From Paracoccaceae bacterium (GTDB taxonomy: Bacteria > Pseudomonadota > Alphaproteobacteria > Rhodobacterales > Rhodobacteraceae): DNA of 59,192 nucleotides. The translations under genes were made by a program, and so were the position numbers. The notes beneath the pieces were generated by a model that was not told the origin of the DNA, did not search any database, and was given only the letters and a program-made list of their open reading frames with translations. Numbering within the stretch: the stretch's first letter is position 1; every line of letters starts with the position of its first letter. Location of the stretch: assembly GCA_042092935.1 (NCBI GenBank), contig JBELFK010000002.1, forward strand, positions 1 through 59,192. Direction: 5' to 3'. Of the stretch, positions 50,341-58,085 are shown piece after piece.

Positions 50341-52176
50341 TCACTCGGCAGCGACGCCCGTCTCGGTTTCGTTCTCGGACAGCTGCATATGCCACAGCGC
50401 GGCATAGCGGCCATCTTTTGCCAACAAGGCCTCGTGGTTTCCGCGCTCAGCAATGAGACCATCCTCAAGCACAACGATCTCGTCGGCCTCAACGATCGTC
50501 GACAAACGGTGCGCAATCGTCAAAACGGTCCGCCCCTCAGCGGCCCGCCCTAGGGCCTCTTTGATCTCGTGTTCGGTCTCGGTGTCCAGCGCTGAAGTCG
50601 CCTCGTCCAAAAGCAAGATCGGTGGGTTTTTCAGCAATGTCCGCGCAATGCCGACGCGCTGCTTTTCGCCACCCGACAGCTTAAGCCCGCGTTCACCCAC
50701 GGTGGTGTCATAGCCATCCGGCAGTGACAGCACGAAATCATGGATTTGAGCAGCCTTGGCGGCTTCGATCACGTCCTCATCTGTCGCGCCTGCTTTGCCA
50801 TAAGCAATGTTGTAGCGAATGGTATCGTTGAACAACACCGTGTCCTGCGGGACGACTCCGATAGAGTGGTGCAAGCTGTCTTGCGTCACGTCACGCACAT
50901 CCTGCCCGTCGATTTTAAGCGCCCCTTCGGTGACGTCATAAAACCGGAATAGCAAGCGGCCAATCGTCGATTTGCCCGACCCCGACGGCCCGACAATCGC
51001 AACCGTCTTCCCGCTTTCGACCTCAAGCGACACCCCTTTCAGGATCGGCCGATCGCTCGAGTATCCAAAGTGCAGGTTCTCAAGCGACACCTTACCCGAG
51101 GACACTTTGATGTCGGGCGCATTTGGCTTGTCGGTGATCTCGGCGGGTTGCTCAAGAAGATCAAACATCTCGCCCATATCCACAAGCGCCTGGCGAATTT
51201 CGCGGTAAACTGTCCCGAGAAAGCCCAAAGGCAGCGTGATCTGGATCATGTAAGCGTTGACCATAACGAAATCGCCAACGCTCAAAACCCCGTTTTGAAC
51301 CCCAAGGGCCGCCATGACCATGACGCCAATCAAACCAGCGGTTATAATAAAGGCCTGACCGCCATTCAGGAAAGCCAGAGACTGTGCGGTGATAATCGCG
51401 TTTTTCTCGTAGCCGCGCATCGATTGATCGTAGCGTTCCGCTTCGCGGGCCTCGGCGCCGAAATACTTGACGGTTTCGAAATTCAGCAGGCTGTCGATGG
51501 CCTTTTGGTTGGCGTCCGTGTCCTGCTGGTTCATGCGGCGGCGAATTTGCACGCGCCATTCGGTGACCCGAAAGGTGAACCAGACATAGATCGCGATGGT
51601 CGCAACGATCACCGCCAGATAGGACAGACCAAGGCTGACCGCCAGAATACCGGCAACAACAAGCAGCTCAAAGATCAATGGTCCGAGATTGAACAGCATA
51701 AAGCGCAAGAGGAATTCGACGCCTTTGACACCGCGCTCGATAATGCGGCTGAGGCCACCCGTCTTGCGATTGATGTGATAGCGCATCGACAGGTTATGGA
51801 TATGCGTGAAGGTCTCAAGCGCCACGCGTCGAAGGGCGCGCTGCCCGACGCGGGCAAACACGGAATCGCGCAATTGTTGGAACAACACCGCCATAAGCCG
51901 CGTGCCACCATAGGCCAGCGTCAGACCAACGGCGCCCAGCACAAAATCCGACGTCCCCGTGTCCGAGAGCGCATCAACCGACTGTCCGAAAAGGAACGGC
52001 GTCACCGCCGCGACGATTTTTGCCAGCAGCAGGAACACCATTGCCAGCACAACGCGCCATTTCACCCAGAATTGACCCTCGGGCCAAAGATAGGGAAGAA
52101 CTTTGCGGATGGTGCGCGCACCCGATCCACGCTGGCGTGAAATTTCTTCTTCGCTGGCCGTGACCCAACTTGCCAT
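50341..52176 (-). CDS. ABC exporter, fused permease/ATPase, Atm1/ABCB7-like
   Basis: 611 aa from the ATG at 52176; the track start at 52191 is TTG. Six TM helices, Walker A GPSGSGKST and signature LSGGEKQR. Confidence 0.88.
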   Translation of the reverse strand: MASWVTASEEEISRQRGSGARTIRKVLPYLWPEGQFWVKWRVVLAMVFLLLAKIVAAVTPFLFGQSVDALSDTGTSDFVLGAVGLTLAYGGTRLMAVLFQQLRDSVFARVGQRALRRVALETFTHIHNLSMRYHINRKTGGLSRIIERGVKGVEFLLRFMLFNLGPLIFELLVVAGILAVSLGLSYLAVIVATIAIYVWFTFRVTEWRVQIRRRMNQQDTDANQKAIDSLLNFETVKYFGAEAREAERYDQSMRGYEKNAIITAQSLAFLNGGQAFIITAGLIGVMVMAALGVQNGVLSVGDFVMVNAYMIQITLPLGFLGTVYREIRQALVDMGEMFDLLEQPAEITDKPNAPDIKVSSGKVSLENLHFGYSSDRPILKGVSLEVESGKTVAIVGPSGSGKSTIGRLLFRFYDVTEGALKIDGQDVRDVTQDSLHHSIGVVPQDTVLFNDTIRYNIAYGKAGATDEDVIEAAKAAQIHDFVLSLPDGYDTTVGERGLKLSGGEKQRVGIARTLLKNPPILLLDEATSALDTETEHEIKEALGRAAEGRTVLTIAHRLSTIVEADEIVVLEDGLIAERGNHEALLAKDGRYAALWHMQLSENETETGVAAE

Positions 52177-52196
52177 ACTGCTGTCCCCCAAAATTG

Positions 52197-52222
52197 AAAA
52201 GCGAACCCGAAGGTTCGCTTTT
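52197..52222 (-). terminator. Terminator hairpin after the LysM gene
   Basis: AAAAGCGAACC-(4 nt)-GGTTCGCTTTT, 19 nt downstream of the LysM stop on the minus strand. Confidence 0.6.
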
Positions 52223-52240
52223 ATCTATGTGTTGGGCCTC

Positions 52241-54043
52241 TTATTGACCAGAGCTGCGCGTCTTTTTCTTGGCACCAGGGGGGGCGGGAAGCTCAAAGAT
52301 CTGACCGGGGTAGATGAGATGCGGATTGCGAATCTGCTCTTTGTTGGCCTCAAAAATGTTCACGTAAAGCACACCGCTGCCGTAAGTTTCGCGCGAAATT
52401 GCCCACAAAGTGGACCCCGGCTGAACCACTTCAACCGACACCAGAGGCTTGCGCGATTGCGCGGCTTCGGCAACCTTTTCAGGCTCTTCGCGCTGGAACG
52501 GCGTTTCGACACGGCTGACAACCTGCCCCTGCGCATCGACCTGATCGACCCGCAACGTATAGACGCCCGGCGCAACATCAGCCAATTCGGCCTGCCACTG
52601 ACCCGGCTCGGGCACTTCCAAAACCGTTATCTGGACGTTGTTAAGGTAAACCCGCAGGAAACCTGCCGGACTAAACCCTGAGATCTGAACCTCTCCATCG
52701 TCGGAATAGGAAATCGCGGCGATAGACAGCTGATCCAAAACCTGTGGGACGTTTGAGGACGATTGCAGAACTGTCACGCTGTCGTTTTCCACCAAGATAA
52801 CGGCTGGGGCCGCATCTTCGACCACTTCGACGACTTCGACGGGCGCCGGTTCGTCTTCAACGACATCTTCAACCTGTGCCGGTTGCGCATCCTCAGGTGT
52901 CGCCGGGGCAGAGGCCGTGTCCGTCATGGGCTCATCGGCCTCGACGGCTTCATCACCCGCAGGCGCGGCTTCTTCGGTCGCAACCTCGACGACATCCGTG
53001 CTTGGTGCAGGTTGAGGTTCCATTGCCTCAGCTTCAACGGATACCGCCGTATCGGCTTCTGGCTCAGTGGCTGGCATGTCGGTTGCTGCTTCAACAGTCT
53101 CGATTGCGTCAACCACCGCGTCGGCCATCTCCTCGACGGCATCTTCAACGACCGAGAGACCTTCCGCGATAACCGTATCGGCGTCGCTTTCTTCGACCGC
53201 CGCCGTCTCGGCCTCAGGCTCAGCCTCTGCCACGACATCAGTCTCCGCTGCGTCCTCCGCCACGGCCTCAGGCGCCTGAGATTCAATTTCAGCGTCATCG
53301 GCAACCACGACCGGTGCGGGCTGCTCTTCCGGCTCGCTTGCCTCTGGCGTTTGCATATCCTCAGCGACGGGTGCCACGTCCTCGGTGACTTCAACCTGAC
53401 GCACCACGGGCGCGATGATGACCTGTGCGTCGGACAAAAGAATTTGGTCGGCATTTTTTGCGCTCAGCGTGATTACCCGCGCCGTTTCGCTTTCGCCTAT
53501 ATCAAGGATTGCCACGAATTGACCCGTGGCGTCGATCTCGACGGTTTCAACAACCGCGCCATCGACCAGGATCGACACGGCCCAACCCGCCGGTCCCCTG
53601 CCCGCGACAACCGTCATGCCGTCGCTTTCTACGCGGACAACATCAAAGGTCGGGGTCGGGAAATCCGCAATCTCTGCGTCGGCGTCATCGCTTTGATCCG
53701 TATCGGGATCGACAGCAACATCAGTGTCGTCTTCGTCCGTTTCCACGTCGTCCGAGGCATCCTCGGCGTCTTCCGCATCAGAAGAATCCTCAGCGTCTTC
53801 CGCGCGCTCCGGCTGCTCAATGTCAGCCTCGGGTTCGTCGGTATCTGCGTCTTCGGTTGCTTCATCTTCGATCTGAGCGTCGTCGTCAACATCACTGCCC
53901 GCAACGGCCAAGGGGCCGTCCGCAGCTTCAACGATAGGCGCTGGCCGAAACCAATTTGTTTGAGAATAAACCGCCCAACCAGCGACTCCGACGACGATCG
54001 CGCCAATGGCGACCGTTCGATACAACCCGAGTTTTCCGAACAT
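52241..54043 (-). CDS. LysM-domain protein with an N-terminal TM anchor, two Ig-like repeats and long polyanionic linkers
   Basis: 600 aa. TM helix LYRTVAIGAIVVGVAGWAVY. C-terminal LysM domain (VVQPGSTLWAISRETYG...IYPGQIFELP). Extensive D/E/A/V/T/P-rich low-complexity regions. Confidence 0.8.
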   Translation of the reverse strand: MFGKLGLYRTVAIGAIVVGVAGWAVYSQTNWFRPAPIVEAADGPLAVAGSDVDDDAQIEDEATEDADTDEPEADIEQPERAEDAEDSSDAEDAEDASDDVETDEDDTDVAVDPDTDQSDDADAEIADFPTPTFDVVRVESDGMTVVAGRGPAGWAVSILVDGAVVETVEIDATGQFVAILDIGESETARVITLSAKNADQILLSDAQVIIAPVVRQVEVTEDVAPVAEDMQTPEASEPEEQPAPVVVADDAEIESQAPEAVAEDAAETDVVAEAEPEAETAAVEESDADTVIAEGLSVVEDAVEEMADAVVDAIETVEAATDMPATEPEADTAVSVEAEAMEPQPAPSTDVVEVATEEAAPAGDEAVEADEPMTDTASAPATPEDAQPAQVEDVVEDEPAPVEVVEVVEDAAPAVILVENDSVTVLQSSSNVPQVLDQLSIAAISYSDDGEVQISGFSPAGFLRVYLNNVQITVLEVPEPGQWQAELADVAPGVYTLRVDQVDAQGQVVSRVETPFQREEPEKVAEAAQSRKPLVSVEVVQPGSTLWAISRETYGSGVLYVNIFEANKEQIRNPHLIYPGQIFELPAPPGAKKKTRSSGQ

Positions 54044-54148
54044 TCTTTTGTCTAACTTTCATTGCGCCACAGACTTGGCGGTTGAGGGACAGTATCAACG
54101 CGGGTATCAGAGGTCAAAAGCCCCCTGACCATTTCAGTAGGAAAATTT

Positions 54149-54703
54149 ATGAAACAGGCCTCAATTTGTGTCTTTTGCGGATCACGCACCGGCGATCACC
54201 CCGACTACATGCTGGACGCAACGAAATTTGGGGCCACGTTCGCCGAAAACAACTGGCGTCTGGTCTATGGCGCGGGCGACATAGGGCTGATGGGGGCCGT
54301 CGCGCGCGCAGCGCAAGACAGCGGAGCGGACACCTTTGGTGTCATTCCGACTCACTTGCTAAGGAAAGAAGTCGGCAAAACCGATCTCACGCGGTTCATC
54401 GTCACGGAAAACATGCATGAGCGCAAAAAAGTGATGTTCATGAATTCAGACGCGATTGTTATTCTGCCAGGTGGCGCGGGAACCATGGACGAGTTTTTTG
54501 AGGTTCTTACTTGGCGGCAATTGGGGCTGCACGACAAGCCGATTTTCGTGCTGAACACGCAAGGGTATTGGGACGGTTTGCTTGGCCTTTTGGACAGCGT
54601 CACGGGCGGAGGTTTTGCGGATCACTCGCTTCTTAGCTATTTCAAGGTTGAAAATGATGTGCATGCGTTGGAGACTTCGCTGAAAACCGCACTGGCACAA
54701 TAG
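54149..54703 (+). CDS. LOG-family (TIGR00730) nucleotide phosphoribohydrolase
   Basis: 184 aa with the motifs GAGDIGLMG and PGGAGTMDEFFE. Confidence 0.88.
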   Translation: MKQASICVFCGSRTGDHPDYMLDATKFGATFAENNWRLVYGAGDIGLMGAVARAAQDSGADTFGVIPTHLLRKEVGKTDLTRFIVTENMHERKKVMFMNSDAIVILPGGAGTMDEFFEVLTWRQLGLHDKPIFVLNTQGYWDGLLGLLDSVTGGGFADHSLLSYFKVENDVHALETSLKTALAQ

Positions 54704-54713
54704 GCACCCGCAG

Positions 54714-54857
54714 ATGACCAATACCCTCGCCCTTTACTTTGGTGCCATCCTTGTGATCGCAGCGGGCGTGGATTTACTGTATTTTGACTGGTATTATACG
54801 ATCTTCTGGACAAAGAAGCTGGTTGACCTGATCGAATACATCGCCATTTGGCGCTGA
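54714..54857 (+). CDS. Possible 47-aa hydrophobic peptide (below the ORF-track cutoff)
   Basis: ATG at 54714 to TGA at 54855..54857: MTNTLALYFGAILVIAAGVDLLYFDWYYTIFWTKKLVDLIEYIAIWR. One TM-like segment. No clear SD. Speculative. Confidence 0.2.
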   Translation: MTNTLALYFGAILVIAAGVDLLYFDWYYTIFWTKKLVDLIEYIAIWR

Positions 54858-54909
54858 GCATCCTGAAATTCTGGGCAGTTTGCCCTTGACCTTCCGCCCA
54901 AAATGGGGA

Positions 54910-54923
54910 TGTTAGCGCCAACA
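54910..54923. promoter_or_regulatory. LacI-family-type operator candidate 1 upstream of gap
   Basis: TGTTAGCGCCAACA is a 14-bp near-palindrome with a central CG. It overlaps a possible -10 (TTGACC at 54886..54891, N17, ATGTTA). Confidence 0.4.
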
Positions 54924-54927
54924 TCAC

Positions 54928-54941
54928 TGTTAGCGCTAACT
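54928..54941. promoter_or_regulatory. LacI-family-type operator candidate 2 upstream of gap
   Basis: TGTTAGCGCTAACT contains the perfect 12-bp palindrome GTTAGCGCTAAC (54929..54940). It lies 18 bp centre-to-centre from site 1 and 22 nt upstream of the gap ATG. Confidence 0.45.
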
Positions 54942-54962
54942 GCGCCTTGAAGGGAAAGCAAA

Positions 54963-55964
54963 ATGACCGTCAAAGTTGGAATTAATGGGTTTGGCCGCAT
55001 TGGGCGAAACATTCTGCGGGCGATCATTGAATCCGGTCGCACCGACATCGAAGTGGTCGCGATCAACGATCTCGGACCGGTCGAAACGAACGCACATTTG
55101 CTGCAATACGACAGCGTGCATGGCCGTTTCCCTGTCGAGGTGAAAACAACCGAGGATACGATCGACGTTGGCCGTGGCCCGATCAAGGTGACCGCAATTC
55201 GCAATCCCGCCGAACTTCCCTGGGCAGACGTTGACGTTGCCATGGAATGCACCGGCATCTTTACGGCACGCGACAAGGCCGCAATTCATCTTGAAAACGG
55301 ATCGACCCGCGTTTTGGTCTCGGCCCCGTCCAGCGGCGCGGACAAAACCATCGTGTTTGGTGTCAACGACGACACACTGACGGCGGATGATCTTGTTGTT
55401 TCGAACGCGTCCTGCACGACAAACTGCCTTGCGCCCGTCGCGCATGTTTTGAACAAGGCCGTTGGCATCAAGCGCGGTTTCATGACCACGATCCACAGCT
55501 ACACCGGCGATCAGCCAACGCTCGATACAATGCACTCTGACCTTTACCGTGCACGCGCAGCGGCGATGTCGATGATCCCGACCTCAACCGGCGCTGCAAA
55601 AGCCGTTGGCTTGGTGCTTCCGGAACTGAACGGCAAATTGGACGGCGTCGCGATCCGCGTGCCCACACCCAATGTTTCGGTCGTCGATCTCACCTTCGAA
55701 GCCGAGCGTGATACAACGGTCGAGGAACTCAACGCTGCGGTGCACGCCGCGGCTGCAAATGAACTTGCCGGTGTTTTGGGCGTTACGGATCACAAACTGG
55801 TCTCGATGGATTTCAATCACGATCCGCACAGCTCGATCTATGCCACCGACCAAACCAAGGTCATGGACGGCAACATGTGCCGCATTCTGGCATGGTACGA
55901 CAACGAATGGGGCTTTTCGAACCGCATGGCGGATACAGCCGTGGCGATGGGCAAACTGGTCTAA
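54963..55964 (+). CDS. gap: Type I glyceraldehyde-3-phosphate dehydrogenase
   Basis: 333 aa (INGFGRIGRN; active site SNASCTTNCLAP). Confidence 0.96.
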   Translation: MTVKVGINGFGRIGRNILRAIIESGRTDIEVVAINDLGPVETNAHLLQYDSVHGRFPVEVKTTEDTIDVGRGPIKVTAIRNPAELPWADVDVAMECTGIFTARDKAAIHLENGSTRVLVSAPSSGADKTIVFGVNDDTLTADDLVVSNASCTTNCLAPVAHVLNKAVGIKRGFMTTIHSYTGDQPTLDTMHSDLYRARAAAMSMIPTSTGAAKAVGLVLPELNGKLDGVAIRVPTPNVSVVDLTFEAERDTTVEELNAAVHAAAANELAGVLGVTDHKLVSMDFNHDPHSSIYATDQTKVMDGNMCRILAWYDNEWGFSNRMADTAVAMGKLV

Positions 55965-56003
55965 ATTCGGTTCTGCCAAGCGCGCGCCAAGCAGCCCCGG
56001 GCA

Positions 56004-56501
56004 TCACTTTGTGTTCAAACGATCCTGCAACGCCTCCGCGACCGCGGGGGTGACAAAGCTGGTCACGTCGCCGTTCAGTCGGGCGATTTCCTTGACGAGT
56101 TTTGAGGCAATCGCCTGATGCTTTGTCTCGGCCATCAGAAAGACAGTCTCAATTGAGCTGTCGAGAACGCGGTTCATGCCAACCATTTGAAATTCATATT
56201 CAAAATCCGAAACAGCCCGCAATCCACGCACAATCATCTGCGCCCCGACATCGCGAGCGCAATCGATCAGCAGGTTTTCAAACGGATGCACAACGATCTC
56301 GGTGCCTGTGTCTTTGGAAAGCTCAACACATTCGCTTTCCAGCATCGCCACGCGTTCTTCCAGCGAAAACAAAGGCCCCTTGTCGCGGTTGATCGCAACC
56401 CCGATCACCAGCCGATCCACCAGCAAAGCGCCGCGTCGAATAATGTCCAAATGTCCAAGGGTCACTGGGTCGAAAGTCCCAGGATAAAGTCCGACACGCA
56501 T
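56004..56501 (-). CDS. coaD: Phosphopantetheine adenylyltransferase
   Basis: 165 aa (YPGTFDPVTLGHLDII). Confidence 0.94.
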   Translation of the reverse strand: MRVGLYPGTFDPVTLGHLDIIRRGALLVDRLVIGVAINRDKGPLFSLEERVAMLESECVELSKDTGTEIVVHPFENLLIDCARDVGAQMIVRGLRAVSDFEYEFQMVGMNRVLDSSIETVFLMAETKHQAIASKLVKEIARLNGDVTSFVTPAVAEALQDRLNTK

Positions 56502-56590
56502 AGATCACTCCGTTCCCGTCTTTTCGGCAGGCAACATTATTGCCCCCCGAATTGCAAGATGCAGGTGCAGAAAGTTGTTTCCGCGTGGCG

Positions 56591-57025
56591 TCAGTGACCC
56601 ATTATCATGCCCTGAAGCGCTTCTTTTTCCATCGAAAGCTCGGACAAGCGGGCTTTGACGAGGTCGCCAATGGTGACCATGCCGACCATTTCGCCGTTTT
56701 CCTCAACGGGCATATGGCGGAAGCGACCGTCTGTCATACGCTGCATGATGGCGTCGGCGGTATCGTCCAGAGCGCAGGTTTTCAGGTCTTTGGTCATCAC
56801 CTCGCCGACGGGCACTTCAAAGCATTTCGCGCCACGCTGCGCCATCACACGAACAATGTCGCGTTCCGAGATGATTCCATCGGCCTGTTTACCGTCAGAC
56901 GAGACAATCAGACCGCCGATATGCTTTTCGGCCAACAGTGACGCGACTTCGGAAAGCTGTGTGCTCGGCTCGACTGAAATGACCCCGGTTATACCCTTGG
57001 ACTTCAAAATTTGTTGCACGAGCAT
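56591..57025 (-). CDS. CBS-domain pair protein
   Basis: 144 aa from the ATG at 57025 (GGAGAAG SD). The track start at 57061 is TTG. Two CBS repeats. Confidence 0.85.
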   Translation of the reverse strand: MLVQQILKSKGITGVISVEPSTQLSEVASLLAEKHIGGLIVSSDGKQADGIISERDIVRVMAQRGAKCFEVPVGEVMTKDLKTCALDDTADAIMQRMTDGRFRHMPVEENGEMVGMVTIGDLVKARLSELSMEKEALQGMIMGH

Positions 57026-57085
57026 GAATTCTTCTCCGTAATTATATTTCAATATCTCCAACTTCGCCGCAATGATCGGTCAATG

Positions 57086-57985
57086 TCAAGTTGCCGACTC
57101 GAGTCTTTGCACTTCTTCGCGAATACCGGCCACCAATGCCTCGGAAAAGCGGTTCATACGCTCAAGACGGCGGTCATCCTGATGCCGGATCAAGTAAAAA
57201 GAGCGTACAAGATTCAGTTCATCCGGCAACAGGCGCACAAATCGGCGGATAAACGGAGAAATGGCGAAATTATGAACGATCCCAAGACCAATTCCCTGAC
57301 GTATCCAGGCCATTTGAACCGAAACCGAGTTTGACGCCAAGGAAACCCGATCCATTCCGGTTTCAGACAGATAATCAAGTTCCTTGTCAAATATCATGTC
57401 AGGAATATACCCGATCATCTTGTGGCCTTTGAGATCCTCAAGACGCTCAATCGGATCGTGATTGCGCAAGTAACTGCGCGCGCCAACAAGGCTGAGCGAA
57501 TAATCCGTGATCTTTTGAACGCTGAGGCGACCGGCGGTTGGCTGACTAACGCCAATGGCCATATCCGCCTCGCGTTTGGTCAGGTTAAACACCCGTGGCA
57601 GGGCGACAATCTGGATGTCCAAATCCGGGTTGTCCTCGGATATTTTGGCGCAGACCTGCGGTAAGATGAAATTCGCGCAGCCATCTGGCGCCCCAATCCT
57701 GATTTGCCCTGACAGTTTTCCCGATTTTCCAGCGAGTTCTTCAACCGCGCCCTCCATCGCCTGCTCGGCCTGTTCAGCATGAGACAGCAAGCGCTGGCCC
57801 GCGTCTGTCGGCGCATAGCCCTGCGGAGACTTGGCAAAAAGCGGAGTTCCAAAGGCTTCTTCCAACCGTGCGATACGCCGTCCAACAGTGGCTGGATCAA
57901 CCTTTAACTCGCGTCCCGCCCCCGAAAGACTCTCGGTTCGCGCGACGGCCAAGAATATCCGCATATCATCCCATTGAGGATCCAT
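57086..57985 (-). CDS. LysR-family transcriptional regulator
   Basis: 299 aa with an N-terminal HTH (MRIFLAVARTESLSGAGRELKVDPATVGRRIARLE) and a substrate-binding domain. Divergent from mmsA. Confidence 0.9.
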   Translation of the reverse strand: MDPQWDDMRIFLAVARTESLSGAGRELKVDPATVGRRIARLEEAFGTPLFAKSPQGYAPTDAGQRLLSHAEQAEQAMEGAVEELAGKSGKLSGQIRIGAPDGCANFILPQVCAKISEDNPDLDIQIVALPRVFNLTKREADMAIGVSQPTAGRLSVQKITDYSLSLVGARSYLRNHDPIERLEDLKGHKMIGYIPDMIFDKELDYLSETGMDRVSLASNSVSVQMAWIRQGIGLGIVHNFAISPFIRRFVRLLPDELNLVRSFYLIRHQDDRRLERMNRFSEALVAGIREEVQRLESAT

Positions 57986-58085
57986 TTTCCTACCCCCTGC
58001 AATAATGCAAAACCCTTTTGGTATATTACCTCTTTTTCAATGATTTTCGCAAGATTAGAGTTCGTGCAGCTATTGGAGACTGATT

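Noticed and set aside
52900-53900. CRISPR-like or tandem-repeat periodicity suggested by recurring GACGAC/GCCTC/GGCTC strings.
   Set aside because: This is irregular low-complexity coding sequence for an acidic protein segment. There are no exact direct repeats with unique spacers, and no cas genes anywhere in the window.
52763-54055. 430-codon plus-strand ORF antisense to the LysM gene, plus several other frames (52924..53454, 53509..53937, 53629..54006).
   Set aside because: They are a by-product of the GAn/GCn-rich codons that encode the polyanionic linker. The translations are Arg/Gly/Phe-rich nonsense. The minus-strand frame has a TM helix, Ig-like repeats and a clear LysM domain.
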